Assembly (NCBI RefSeq): GCF_006345805.1
Contig: NC_043001.1
Location: 3,162,001 to 3,226,000, forward strand
DNA: 64,000 nucleotides
Reading direction: 5' to 3'
From: Octopus sinensis
Taxonomy: Eukaryota
Positions 37,099-51,347 of this stretch are shown in pieces (within the stretch, counting starts at the first letter, position 1; each line of letters begins with the position of its first letter). A model generated the notes under the pieces. That model did no database searches and was not told the origin of the DNA. It saw only the letters and a program-made list of their open reading frames with translations. A program made the position numbers and the translations under genes.

Positions 37099-37505
37099 AT
37101 ACTATTCTTTACTTGTTTTAAAACTTGAAGGTCTCAGAGATTCCATGTGACGTATTACATAATGTTATGACTATCGTATGTCTCTACATGCCGACGTGTA
37201 AGATGTTACGATAGCATTTCCTCATGATTGCATTTGTGGGTTTGCCTTAAAATCAATTCGCCTGTTTTACTATTTTTGCGTTATGCCACGCCTAAAGTTC
37301 CGTGTAACATTGGTTAACATTGGATTTGCAGGAAGGCAGGTACCAGAGAGCATTCCTTTACTGATGCATTCTTTGTAAACGCACGGCATTGCTTTATCTT
37401 TTGGTTTGTGTCAGATTCTTTAGCCATCGCAATGTGTGTGGTTCGCATTGATCTGCCTCAGTTTATTCAATAAATCCTCATTACATCATTGTCTGTATGC
37501 AAACA

Positions 37506-37553
<48 letters not shown>

Positions 37554-37921
37554 ACACACACACACACACATATGTATGTATGTTTGTACATATATATATA
37601 TATATAAGGGGTTTGTATGATTGTCTATAGGGGGATATATATTATTAAAAAAAATTCCAACTCTGCTTTTTATATTTTATTTATATTCTTTATAATATTA
37701 GTGTAGAATATAGAATATATAGTATAATTAATATATAGAGAGTAAAATTAAATGAAGTATCGATTGTCTTATTGAATAGATGAAATATTGAATATAAAAC
37801 ATTAAGGGACTAATGTACTTTCTTGCATTAAAGCAGTCTTCAAGGTCCCAGGTTGTGACAGGAGTGTTTCAACTCCTATATTTATATATATATACACATA
37901 TATAAATATATATACATACAA

Positions 37922-37966
<45 letters not shown>

Positions 37967-38877
37967 CATATGAATATGTACATATATATCATCATCATCA
38001 TTATCATCTTCAATGTACGTACGCACTTCCATGCTGGTGTGGGTTTGATGAGACCATGCCACGCTCTATTTTACTGTAAGATGCCCTTTCTGATGCCAAT
38101 CCTATTACTTACTACTTCTTATGACATACAGAGATATGGCGCACCTACTCACAAATCCAGGAGGCATCAGTGACCGACGGTTTGTCTGTATCCATGTTCA
38201 CACCAGCTTTATAGAAACCAGGGTTGCTTATATTGTTTCTTAGTGTGTTCTGTAACCTAGCAGTCTGATGTTAGAGAACGATAAAATACGCACCAGACTG
38301 AAATAAATATTGGAGCCAATATGGTAAGCGAGCACCTTCGAAGGCACTGCCCACACCATGGCCACAGTCGAGTGATAGGAATCAGTAAAAGAATAAAGAG
38401 AATCGCCAGGTTGTATCTATGAGTTTAAAAGCAGTAAAAACATTTTTATTTGGTTAAGATAGCGAGGAAGCAATTTTTATGACTGCTACGTTTATATATG
38501 TGTTCTGTTGTGAGAAATACTGCTTCGGTCCATAAGAAAAGAAAAAGAAAAAGAAAAAAAACAAAATACATGTAGAGAACATTAAAGGGAAAGAAACTCT
38601 ATCTTGGAAATAGTTATATTTTCTTCTCAGCCATTGAAAATCAAATAAAACTTGCTACACTCGGTTCGGTTGCAGAATAGATGCAGTTGCATCTGAGAAT
38701 GTCGTAATTTTACAGACGCCTGCTGCTGTCTCTGTTGCAGCATCACATTACTTTGAAGAGACGTGAGAAAGCATCTTAAGTATGGTGTAATGTTATTGTT
38801 GTTGTTGTTTGCTTTACTTTTTAGGACAGCAAGGTTTTAAAAAGGCTCACACAACTTTTAGCGTTATCTTTTAGCAG

Positions 38878-39205
38878 TTACGTGTTTCAGTCGTTATACT
38901 GCGGCCATGCTGGGGCACCACCTTCAAGTGACTTTGGTCAAAGGAATCGACTCCAATACTTATCGTTTAAAGCGTGAAGGACTTATTCTTTCGATGTCTT
39001 TTGCTGAACCGCTAAGTTACGGAGACGTAAAGACACCAATGCCTGTTGTAAAGCGGTAGTTGGGGAGAAACACAGACACAAGCACATGCGCGCACATACA
39101 CACACACACATACACACAGATATAAATTTACGCCAGGCTTCATTCCGTTTCCGTCTACCAAATCTACTCACAATGCTGGCCCAAGGCTATAGTAGAATGC
39201 AGCCG
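38878..39205 (-). mobile_element. SINE family C
   Basis: Tail gcggccatgctggggcacc, microsatellite, partial head. Confidence 0.75.
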
Positions 39206-39527
39206 CATATATATACGTTCGTCCAATAGTCGAAAGACCCTTCCTCTTTGTTATGTCCTTGTGTTTGTATATGTACATTCGTTAGCTTTACTCCGGGGAT
39301 TAATGCCTTTAGCTTCAACCCCTGGTTCAACTTCTTTCGAGTAGTATCGGAGAGGTTTGGGCAAAACTTACGTGGACATTCCAGACTCCGACTGAAGAAG
39401 CAATTGCCTGCGAATGATCCGTGTGTCTTGTTTTTTACCTGTTTGTCGTTTTTGTGCCATCGTCCTTTTCCTGCTTGTTATGTTTTGACGATTTTCGTTT
39501 GGTGTGCTCTTCACCTTTGATTTATAT

Positions 39528-39614
<87 letters not shown>

Positions 39615-41191
39615 ATAAAAGGGTAAGGTAGTTAGTTAACGTAATGTTAGAGCAAGGGCTGTATTGGCTTTCAATATTTGCTCGGAATTTTGATATTCTG
39701 AGTTCCTTGTGAGTCCATATCCTCACATGGTTGTACAACTAACGATTTTACCTTGTAAACCCCCAGCTCTAATTTCAGTCTCATTGCACATCATCCGCTG
39801 TATCTTCAACTTCAGCTCAGGGCCAACAAAGGTTTTGAAAGAAAAGCAAGGAATAAGAAGCAGTAGATATTGTGTGCAGGGATAGATACTCTGCTGGCTT
39901 GGATGAGAACAACTGCATGAAGAATTGGCGATGACTAAATGTGATGAGAACTCATGGAAGAGTTTGGTGAAATTGAGGGAGGACATGACAAAGAACAAAG
40001 ATGAATGAAGATTCGGTAGCCTCCACGCTCAACCTGTACCTGTGAAGCCTTCCTACCTACTCAACCTTATAACACCCATCACTACCCATACCTCGAACGT
40101 CTGTACTCTTATTCAGCTGTTATTCTATGCAAGTAGAGCTGAGCCTACTGCTTTCCTTTTTTCTGCCCCCAATAAGTATTTTTATTCAACCCTATCGACA
40201 CTCCCAAGTTTATCCTTTACTTCTAGAGATCTACCGAACGCTTTCTGATATCTACATTGACACATCTTTGTGTAACTCCACCCCTATACACCTCTGACAT
40301 CCGTCCCTGTCACTGTCCATCTTTTCTTTCATCTACACGGCACCTCATCTTCTTATTTCTCATCTAACCACTGTTTTATTTTACTGTTGGTCTTCCCACC
40401 ACTTTTTATGTATTACCACCAATCAGATCCTTCTGCTTCCTGACTCCCTCCAATTTCTCTTAGATTCTCCCAGACTGAGAATCGTCATCGTTCACACACC
40501 CCACCCACGTCCACCATTCTTTACTCTCAGTTCTGTCCATATCTCTACTCACATTCCTTTAAACTCTTGTGAACCTACTTCCCACCCAGCAATTCTTTAT
40601 TCTTTCGCCATTACATTCTTGTGCCTTGACATCATCCCCACCATTATTTCCCCCTTTTCCATTGGTGCAGTATTTTCTCTACAACGAGACACCCGTTCCT
40701 GTCCCACTTTTCTACTTTAGCTCCCCTATACCTGGCACGAAACCACAGTCCTCAATATTACACCCAAAATCTGTCAATGGGTCTTGTATTGTGAGTTACA
40801 AATGATGTTTGGCGTTAGGAAGGACGTGTCCTTGGTTTCAAATTTTAATCGGCAAAACTTTGTAAAGTGACTCAAAAGCCAAGCTATTCAATACGTGACT
40901 CGTATCAACTTAATGACTCTTTCATGACTCTACATCGACAACAAAAACGGAGACCTGTCTTATGTTTCGGCATGTTTGATATTATTGTTGCTGTTGTTGC
41001 ATGGTTCATAAATCAGCTCAAATCGAGTAGACAAATGACAAGAAGCCAAAACAGAAGCATCACATTTTCAATTATTCAGCTGTCATGTACTTAGGATACT
41101 CACACCATAATAAGTCTTTCATCTTTGAAGACATTAAGGCGTTTGATTAGCTGCATAACTGACTACTATGCATAGAATCTCAAGCAATCGC

Positions 41192-42013
41192 TTAAGTGTT
41201 TCGTTACCAAAGTTCTGTTGAAATACGCTGCCTTTGTTCTAATAAATGTTGAATCTATTGACGTATTTAGTAAAATTACTGTGTCATTATTAACGTGGTG
41301 TCTGGAACATTAATTAGCATGAAATTTTGATGTAAGGTTTTTAATTTAGATGACCCCTAACACTTTCGTTGGCATATTTCTTTTGAAACACATTGTCTTT
41401 GTTCCAATTAATTTTTAAGATAATGAACATTTAGTTAAATAACTCCCTCATTATTAAGCTGGTGTTTCGAATACAAATTAGCATAGAATTTTGATGGAAG
41501 GTTTCCCTTTAGATAATTTTGTCAACTTTTGCTATCACACTTCTATTGAAATACAAAGCTTTTGTCTCAATTAATTTGAAAAATACTCGAAAATTTAGTG
41601 AAATCACTTTGTCAATACTAAGCTAATGTTTGGAACATGAAATTGTGATGGAAAATTTTAATTTAGATCACTTTAACTATCTTGTTGTTATTATGCTTAC
41701 GTTAAAATAATTTGCTATTTCAATCAATTTCCATAACAGTAATGTATATGATGTTTTACTGTTTACATTAGCTGGACTGATGTCTCCACGTTGAGGATGA
41801 CTCCTATCTGATTAATTTAAACGGCGTACATCATATAGATTTCGCATTCCAGAAAGAAATGAAGGACGTATCAGTAAAATATTTTGTAATCCTTTATCTG
41901 GTGTTTGGAACCTAAAACTTTGCTCGGAAGGTTTATATTTAGATAATATTAGATCATAATATTAGATCATAGAAACTAAGGCAGTCTGGAGCCGGTTGGT
42001 ATCAAAAGGTTCA
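41192..42013. mobile_element. Element with internal ~164-bp tandem units and decayed TTAA-type ends (piggyBac-like MITE?)
   Basis: Units at 41220, 41385 and 41548; ends ttaagtgtttcgttacc / ggtatcaaaaggtt form imperfect inverted repeats. Confidence 0.4.
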
Positions 42014-44288
42014 AGTACTCCCTCTTCGGTTTAGGAGTTGTAGAAGCATATAAAGCAACTTCATTTTTGCAGAGAGAGAACGAATACCTTGGTGATAGTT
42101 TAAATAACTTTATCGTTTTAATAGTCACTTTTTTTACAATGAAGATTAATAAGAGTCCATGCTTTCTTTTCCATTGCTTCTGTTGGTTGTGAATAACTTT
42201 ATTTATTTGACATAACCCTGAAGGGGTTTTGTTTGATACAGCAGCTTGTGTCTAACTCACGTTTCCAAAGAATTCTTTCTTTGGAATTGCCACCTGGAAG
42301 CACATTACAAACGAATTCTTTTAAGTCTTTCAGTTATGATTTCTGTAAAAGGAGAGTAAGTGTCTTTGATAAATTCCCTCTTATCATAAAGGTAAGCTGA
42401 TCTCACCATCAAGGTACCGTAGTATCGGGTGTGGTTAGATATCACGCAGTGTGCTAATTCAAACAATCTCCGTTGTAAGTCTATCTTTTTTGCCTCCTTA
42501 TCATTTGCAACAACTTGACTTTCTTTGAATGAACGTCTTGTCGAGGGATCTTTAAGTTACCCTAGTTTTCTTCTTAAATTTTTCACGCATTTCTGATGTC
42601 ACCGATGTCTGGTTTATGCTGAGTGGTCCAGTTTCATGCTAAGCATAAAGTGTATATGACTTACTTGCCTATACCAACTATACGCATCTATACCAACCAT
42701 TATACGTCCTCTGGTTGTCATGGAACTTAAATTTTACACATTTCGTGCATAAAATATTAAATAATAATTTAATATGCAAATTAGAGTTATCTCTTCAGCT
42801 AAGAAATAAATTGTGATTGACATTAATAACAATCGCTATGAAAATATATTTGTAGATCTGATTAATCACGGGGTTTATAAACACACACACACACATATGT
42901 ATGTATGTATATTACTATATATATATAGGTGTGTGTGTGTGTGTTTGTGTGAAAGCTCGTGGTTTGGACCAAGGGGCGCGTTGTTCTCTTGAGCAAAACA
43001 TATCATTTCACGTTGCCGCAGGCTACTCAGCCGTAAACGGGTTACCCATCGACGCACCACTCTTCCGATCAAAGGGAATGTTGGCCTGCTTCCCCAGTAG
43101 CGGAGTGGCATCATTTGAAAGCCAAAACAACCAAGACGCATTGTGACCAGCGATCTATAACATCCGATGGTCTAATCGACCACGTGACGTGATCACCTGA
43201 TATATTATATTTTATTCCATTTTCTAAATTTTACTTGCAAGGTATTGCTCCACCAGTGCGCATGACAGAAGATGCTAAACCAACGTATCATACAGCTTCA
43301 TTGAACTCACGTTCAAATGAAGCGAGCTTGTTTGCCAGACGGTCGTGTCTGCGCCCTTTTTGCGTCGTAGGACATCGTTGGTTGCTGAGCTTCCAGGAGA
43401 ACGAATATGGCTGTCCTTCTCACAGCAATGATATTTTACACAGCACTCAATTTACTTCATTATTTACTCAATAGGGAATGGGTTCAGACGAACATCTGAC
43501 GCTCTGAAACGAGGACATGTATATGTGCCTCTGTGTCTATGTGAGTGTGTGTGTGTGCGTGTCAGTGTGTACGTGTGTGTGCTTATATATATGGTTCTGT
43601 ATGTGTGTGTGTGGGGGAAAACGGTTGGACTATAAAAATGAATAATAAACAAGATAATAAATAACATAAAACCAAATATAAAACAGGAAAAAGACATGAA
43701 ATCATTTTTGACTGATTCCTAATTAAAAACAGCTTCGTTTCAAAGGTTTTTAATTGAATTTTTGAAAAAACCAAAAACAAAAACCACTTCAATTACACCA
43801 GCTCCATTGTTGTTTGGCTGTCTTCTTTCTTTACCCATGATGCAATAGTTATTGGTTTCCACTCAGCTTTGATTATTAGTCTGTAGATTTGATTAGTGAT
43901 TTACGAACCAAGTGACCAAAGTGTTTTAACATGTCGCGGCGAAGATAAAACGATAATTGAGTGTTTGGAGTTTACCAGTTTAAGAGCAGGTGGATGTTTA
44001 TTCATAGGAGAAAAGCTGAAGAGAAAATTACCATTTGAAATGCATGTCGCTGTCTGTTAGTACCGTGATATAGAGGATGGAGTGCAGAAGTACCATGTCA
44101 TCCATTTTGCTCTTGAAAATCTTCTTTCCAAAGTAATTTCAAAATTCTTCAAAAGCTCCGGATTTTACTTTCCAACAATTAAAAACAAACAAGCAGATAA
44201 AAAAAGAAAGAAAGAAAGAAAAAAAAAGAAAACAAGACAGCAACAGCAAAAGACTGTAATGATAAAATAAAACCTGGAGAGAAACGAG

Positions 44289-44501
44289 CCGGAAGCCTTA
44301 TAAGTCTCGTTTAGTTAATTCTCTCCTGCTAAATCACGTGTACATATCTACGTTGTCATATAAGTCACGTGCTCCCATGTATGATGCCGTAAACTTAACG
44401 GCAAATTAATTTTCGAAGCTAGCAATCGGTGCCTTGGTCTGCTTAAACGTGATCTCCAGTCACGTGCTTTATTGTATACTAATGTATTACGAGTCACGTG
44501 A
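44289..44501. promoter_or_regulatory. Homotypic E-box cluster with an ETS site
   Basis: CCGGAAG 44289-44295; TCACGTG at 44334, 44365, 44460 and 44494. Confidence 0.4.
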
Positions 44502-44561
44502 TGGATAGCTTTGAAACATTCGCTTTTGGCATCACGATAATGCTTCTGGCATTATCGTTCA

Positions 44562-44793
44562 TCTGTTGCTTGGTTCAGTCACTGGACTTCGGCCATGCTG
44601 CAGCACCGTCTTGAACGGGTTTTAGTACGTCGTACATATTCGACGGGCTTCTTTTAGTTTCCGTCTACCAAATCCACTCACAAGGCTTTCGTCGGCTCGG
44701 GACTACAGTAGAAGGTGTCATGCAATGGGACTGAACCCGGAACCACGTGGCTGGGAAGAAAACTTCTCACCTCACGGCCGCGCCTGCGCCTAT
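44562..44793 (-). mobile_element. SINE family C (internally deleted)
   Basis: Tail joined almost directly to the head. Confidence 0.75.
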
Positions 44794-45468
44794 AAGCAGA
44801 TACACAATAATCAAAGGGCAACTTGTTTTGGAGCTTATGCAATGGATTTGTTTTCTTTTGAGAAGAAAAAAAATATTTGACATTTTAAACAAAACAATGA
44901 TGTAGATAATCATTGTAAATATGTTCCAGCGGATTCTAAGGGCAATCTGTTAATGGTTGTTATAAATTTTTTTCGAAGAGCAGCTACTTATTTCTCAGTT
45001 GCATGATTTCTCTTGTAAATATTATCATTTTCTCTCTCTGCCTCTGTGATTCTTTCTTGCTTCGTTTGTGTAGCGCCCATTTACTTATTGCCTGCCATGA
45101 AACCTAGTATGTGCACCAATTCTGCATATGTTCTGTTAACTTTCTCTACACTTTCTGCACGCGATTAAAACGTGACTGGAGATTTCAACCAACGAATCAA
45201 CCAATATCTATGTATAAACATTACAACTAATTCAGACACAAATAAAATATTAGTTTAAGGATGGTGATATGGAATTGTACCGCCGCCACCACCACTACCA
45301 CCACCACCAACAGTAATACTATCATCTGCACAACTATCGCATTTGTTATAGAAATCGGATAGATTTCATTTTGAAATTGTAGCATTTATTTTGTGCTGTA
45401 TTTTCGTCGTTTCAACAATTGTTACCCGTAACGTAGTAACCTCACGAATATTATTTACGTGGGTTGAC

Positions 45469-46068
45469 AATTCTTTTCTACTTTAGGCACAAGGCCCGAA
45501 ATTTTTGGGGAAGGGGCCAGTCGATTAGATCGATCCTAGTACGCAGCTAGTATTTAATTTATCGACCCCGAAAGGATGAAAAGCAGTCGACCTCGGCGGA
45601 ATTTGAACTCAGAACGTAAAGACAGACGAAATACCACTAAGCATTTTGCCCGGCATGCTAACGTTTCTTACTTCTTTATTGCCCACAAGGGGCTAAACAC
45701 AGAGGGAACAAACAAGGACAGACAAAGGGATTAAGTCGATTACATCGACCCAGTGCGTAACTGGTGCTTAATTTATCGACCCCGAAAGGATGAAAGGTAC
45801 AGTCAACCTCGGCAGAATTTGAACTCAGAACGTAGCGGCAGACGAAATACCTATTTCTTTACTACCCACAAGGGGTTAAACAAGGACAGACAAAGGATTA
45901 AGTCGATTATATCGACTCCAGTGCGTAACTGGTACTTATTTGATCGACCCCGAAATGATGAAAGGCAAAGTCGACCTAGGCGGAATTTGAACTCAGAACG
46001 TAGCGGTGGACGAAACACCACAAAGCATTTCGCCCGGCGTGCTAACGTTTCTGCCAGCTCCCCGCCTT
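45469..46068 (-). mobile_element. SINE family A trimeric array
   Basis: Three cores; one standard junction and one re-entering within the head. Confidence 0.87.
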
Positions 46069-47980
46069 ACGTGGTTTGAGAATTATGACAGTTACAGTCT
46101 TGCTGCCCAAACTTAAACTGCAGTAATAGTGTTTGTTATTGGCTTGTCGCTTGTTATGGTGTCTTAGTACTTACAATTTGTTTCAGATCTTTTCGGTTTC
46201 AACTCTGCCTTCAAGGTTTATTTTCTATTTCTACAGAAGTATTGGTTTTCATTCCAATTGTAAGAATTACAAATTTTTTTCAAGGACAAGAATTATTTAA
46301 AAGTTGCGAGTTTTAAAATACGAAACTTTTTTGAATTCCAGTTTATCAGACGCAGAGCTTAAAATGACATCATAAACCTCATGGACTCAAAAGTAAAAAT
46401 CCCTGCAGTCTTGCTGAACCTACTCCCAAACGAGGTTGAGGTGACCGAGGGACTCAGTATTTAGTAGAACAACCACAAACATAAGTCTCTGTAGCATGTC
46501 TAAATATTCCAATGCTTTACAAATAACTCAGGTTGTAATTTCAAACCAAGGAGTAAAACTAAACGTGGCTCTATGGCATGTTCGGCTATTAAACATGACA
46601 ACCACTGCACACTTAGAACTGATGTTCTGTCTTGTTTAAAAAGGCTTTATATGATTCTGATGTGGAAAAAAATATTCCAGAGCTCGAGCAAAAAGAGTTG
46701 GAAGTGTTAACTTTATGCATGCAGCATATTTTATGAATGTTACCTTGAAAATTCTCGAAGAAAATAAAACAAGTGGAATTGCAACTGATGGAAGTAATCA
46801 CCATTCAATAAAGTTATTTTTTTAATCAGAACGTTAACTGGAAGAATAGTTGTTAAGAGTTAAAAACTGATTGAATTAGAGAACATATCTAATGTGACTG
46901 CAAACTCAATCACAAATTACTTAATAAAAAGAAACGGCGAAAAAAATAGTTTCTGGGAAATGTATTGTATTCACAGGTAATGCCAATAATCAATGTTTGG
47001 AGGATTCAATGAAGAGGGTAATAATGTTTGCAAATTTGAAGAAAATGTTTCAAAAAAATTATTCAATTTCGTGTGGTGTCCACTGAGTATTAAAAAGAAA
47101 TCTACGATCGTCATGATGCGGAAAGAAAGGATAAGGATACTGAAAGCTGTTTCTGTAAAATTTATCAGTGTTTTCATGTCTACACAGTTTGAAATTAGCA
47201 GCTGAAGAAGTATTTTGAATGTTTTGAGGTTGTAGAGAGGAATCCTCCCTCATGGTATAAAACCAGCTGATTATCACTAATGCTTGACATCGCCAGCTTA
47301 AAAGAGACTTTCTGCTGTAATGTAATTCTTTTTTATATTCCATAATTAGTGAGAGACCGGGATTAAAAAATATATAATTCATTCGAAGATTAAAAGAGGA
47401 ATGCATACTTAGAAACTGATGCATAAAATGTTGGAAAATGTAGTCTGCCAAACACGGTACATTCAGAAACAAACCAGCAAAGTAGGTGACGGATATGCAT
47501 CGGTTCTCTCTTTCGACAAAGCAAACTACGATGATATTCTACGATGATATTTGGAGGATAATAAAAAATAACACTCATCTTAACGCAACTTTGGATCAAA
47601 GCAGATTAATTTACTGAAGAAATTTTAGTAGGACATTCTAGCAATGGAAACCACAAGCATGATCATCATTTGGAAATAACGACAGAATTAAAATCGATAA
47701 GCCTTCTGGTTGACCAATTAAACTTATTTCCAAAAATATAAAGCATAATGAAATGAAGGAATAATAAAAAAAAAATCTGCACACTGCAGACTCGCCAGCC
47801 AGAAATACGAATATCATTACAAGCAGATTAAGCTAAACAACTTTTGCATCGATCCCTGTAGTGACAAAAGAAATTGGATATTCTTTCTGGTCCACTCATG
47901 TGAAAGGATCAAAACCTAAACAAACAACAGAAGCAGAAAACAGATCCCTCTCTCTCTCTCTCTCATTCCCCTTCTCTCCT

Positions 47981-48019
<39 letters not shown>

Positions 48020-48228
48020 TCATTGGAATTAAAGCCGAAAAGATAAAACAGAAACCTGGAAGGGGCTACAATTATTACATTCATATCTGAAATAAAAAAA
48101 GACGCCTGGAAAACGAGGTCTCCGCTAAATCACGAAGTGTTTGGTTGAAAGAGAAACAGTCAGGATTGTTTCAAGGAAACAAATTGTTTGACTCCAGCCC
48201 CAAACGATGTTTCCTAGTACTGAATAAT

Positions 48229-48639
48229 AATATTCTTTTCTACTATAGGCACAAGGGCTGAAATTTTGGGGGAAGGGGGCCTGTCGATTAGATCAACCCC
48301 CGTAGGCAACTGGTACTTAATTTATCGACACCGAAAGGATGAAAGGCAAAGTCGACCGCGGCGAAATTTCAACTCAGACCGTAAAGACAGACTAAATACT
48401 TATTTCTATTTCTTTACTACCCACAAGGGGCTAAACAAAGAGAAGACAAACAAGGACAGGCAAACGGATTAAGTCGATTATATCGACCACAGTGCGTAAC
48501 TAGTACTTAATTTATCGATCCCGAAAGGATGAAAGACAAAGTCGATCTCAGCGGAATTTGAACTTAGAACGTAGAGGCAGACGAAATACGGCTAAGCATT
48601 TCGCCCGGCATGCTAATGTTTCTGCCAGCTCACCGCCTT
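48229..48639 (-). mobile_element. SINE family A dimer
   Basis: Two cores with the same linker. Confidence 0.85.
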
Positions 48640-48648
48640 TACATAGTA

Positions 48649-48649
<1 letters not shown>

Positions 48650-48698
<49 letters not shown>
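48650..48698. repeat. (AAT)n microsatellite
   Basis: Read directly. Confidence 0.95.
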
Positions 48699-48699
<1 letters not shown>

Positions 48700-49210
48700 C
48701 AGGCAGTGGCTCTCGTGTCTTCTCATCTTAACTGATTGCAAGTGTTATCATGTACATTGTTTTGTCTTGGCATAAAAGATGCGCTACAGCAAATATTCTG
48801 CTCAATACCACGGATTTGCTTGTCAGTTGTTTGACCTTAACCAGTTGAGAATGTCCCTTAGTGGCTGACATTATGTGCATCTCTGATCACGAGCAGAAGT
48901 AATGGGGGAGCACCATAGCCATGTGTTGAGAGGGATTCTTTGGCGTTTGAATAATTCACCTCTGGAAACATGGGTGGTTCTTTCAACATCCTTAAACAAC
49001 CCTTATTCAGGGACCTTTTGAGCGGGATGGGTTACTTGACCAGAAGAAAATTCTAACTGGGCCCCACCTGCAAGGTCAAGTGCTTTATATCTTGATATGA
49101 GATCACCATGTCGCACACATATGGTTGTGAAGCATGTACTTATTGTACCCTTATCAGATGGGTAATCATGATGGGTATACAGTGGTGTTAGGGGCACAGG
49201 TCAGTCGTCA

Positions 49211-49700
49211 AAATCACGTGATCTGGCAGTTCCGGCACCCGTAGCAGACATTTTCTCCCCCACTAACGATATATTACGAGTCCTCTTATGTACAAAGCAT
49301 CCATATGAGAGATGCTCTCAAGGTAAATAACTCAATATTCGGCGTTCTGCCTAAACATCCACGTTAAGCTTGATATGCAGATTGCTTTTTGCTTAATACT
49401 GCCTCTGTCACTAACAATTAAGTTTTAATAAGACTGCTGGCTATTTTCTACATCAGTGCCTTAAAAGTAACTGATTCGGCTGGTATGCGGTTATCAGACG
49501 TCTGCTACTGAGGAGAAGGGGTACGACGAAATCACGTGATCTGGCAGTTCCGGCTCCCTTAGCAAACGATTTCCGTCGGCCAGCGATATAAATATGTGTA
49601 CTTTAATGCCCGGTGCATCTAAATGAGAGATTTTTTTCAAGGTAAGTATTGCAGTATTCGGTATTCTGACATAACATTAACGTGAAGTTGGATTTAAAGA
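49211..49700 (+). promoter_or_regulatory. Diverged tandem duplication (~318 bp) with E-box + ETS motif and a downstream splice-donor-like site
   Basis: Identical AAATCACGTGATCTGGCAGTTCCGGC at 49211 and 49529; AAG|GTAAAT (49323) and AAG|GTAAGT (49642). Confidence 0.4.
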
Positions 49701-51254
49701 TTGACTTTGTTGTTCTGACAGCTTTCGTGTTAACAGTCCTTTATTTTATTGACTGTCGAAAGAATGATGGACAAAATCGCCCGAGCTAGAATTTGAATTC
49801 AAAATGTAAAGAGCCGAAAGAAATGCCGCTCAGCACAATGTCCGACGTACGGAAGATTCTGCCAGCTCACCGCTCATTGAATCTTGGCACAAGGCAAACA
49901 AGTTCGGGGTAGGTAGGGGTTAAACTGATTTCATCTACTCCGGTGTTTAAATGGTACTTATCGACCTCGAAAGATTGAAAAACAAAGTCGACATTTGTTA
50001 ATAATAATAATAAATACTGTCTTGAAACTTCTAGTATTTTAACACATTCTACAACAAACAGCTCTACATCTAGCCCACACATTATGTTGAGTACTTACCA
50101 TACATTATTGCAATACAATGCAAAAAAGAAAACTGAAGGAAACGGATAACTAAAACAAATTACTCGATATATGCAAAAGCTCAGAGTAATCCATTTGATT
50201 TTACTGTGAAAGCACGCAATAAACATAAAACTACTGGAAAAATAATAATTTCTAAGTGAATCAGAATGGCAAAGACTTTTGAGAAGAGCTTTGTTCAGTT
50301 TATTATCCCGAGTTTATTATATTTGATTTGTACATATCTTATTAACCTCTGGCAAGATGAGAAAGCAAATAAATTAGCCTCGTTTGGATGCTTTAGTCAG
50401 AATCTAAAGGGACATAACTAAATAATGCAACAACGTTTTTAATTCATTGTTCTACTGTTTCTGCCATTTATTATCTACACGTCTGGAGAACATCACAAAA
50501 CTGTTTTATGCAAAAACTATTTCCAATCACTTGGAACGGAAACTGGATTCCATGGTTTTCCACCTTGTTTTTATGTATTAAAAAAAAAATCCTAACTCTA
50601 ATATATTTTTACTGACCCCCCCCTTCCATATCTAAAGATTTTAATTAATCAAACCAATAAATATTCATGAAATCCAACCTAGAAATGAGCTCGTTATCTG
50701 ACTGTTTGTCATTGACGAAGACGTATCCCGGCTTTCTCTTTATGCCACTTTTGGGGGGAGGCATTTGAAAAAGTTCGTTTGATATCTCAACTGCATATAG
50801 ATTACAAAGTTATGGGGGTTTCAGTTGATTGATACTCCAGCATCAAAGGTAAACATTTAAAGGCACCAGCTTAGGTTATACCACTAAAGTCAAGTACAGT
50901 ATTGATAATGTATCTAGTAAATGATCTGATACTAATGACAGAGCAGTGGGAAAAGACAATTCCTGTCCAAACGGTATTATTATTATCATTATATTGGACA
51001 AATATTCCATAATTACAGTCAGATATCATAACATCGACATATCAGAAAACGCACTTAATTAAATTTTCTTTCTCCAGAGAATCCGATATATCTTCCTGAC
51101 AAGCAACTAAATGTTGCTTGTTTTGAAAGATATTACAGGATCTAAGGCCGAGCAAATTGCAATAATACCCAAGCTGCTGTGTTTCGTTGTTCATTGGTGC
51201 TACAATCAACACGAAGAAGCAAAATTCATACATGTATATGTGGAGGTGTGTATG

Positions 51255-51259
<5 letters not shown>

Positions 51260-51294
<35 letters not shown>

Positions 51295-51295
51295 C

Positions 51296-51347
<52 letters not shown>
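51260..51347. repeat. (TA)n + (TAG)n microsatellite
   Basis: Read directly. Confidence 0.95.

Noticed and set aside
39700-40700. Purine/pyrimidine-skewed block possibly from an old L2/Crack-type LINE 3' end
   Set aside because: Only vague peptide resemblance; cannot be supported without a profile search.
43235-43474. 79-aa ORF in a CpG-richer patch with an acceptor-like start
   Set aside because: No recognisable product and no convincing donor; left unresolved.
46500-47600. Possible Tc1/mariner remnants (IATDGS; LNPPNIDYWHYL)
   Set aside because: Fragmentary motifs on opposite strands with many stops; too weak to call.
48700-49200. 500-bp block after (AAT)n that looks like an interspersed repeat (also 58650-59150, possibly an RTE 5' region)
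   Set aside because: Single copy in this window with no diagnostic motif; the class cannot be supported from the sequence alone.
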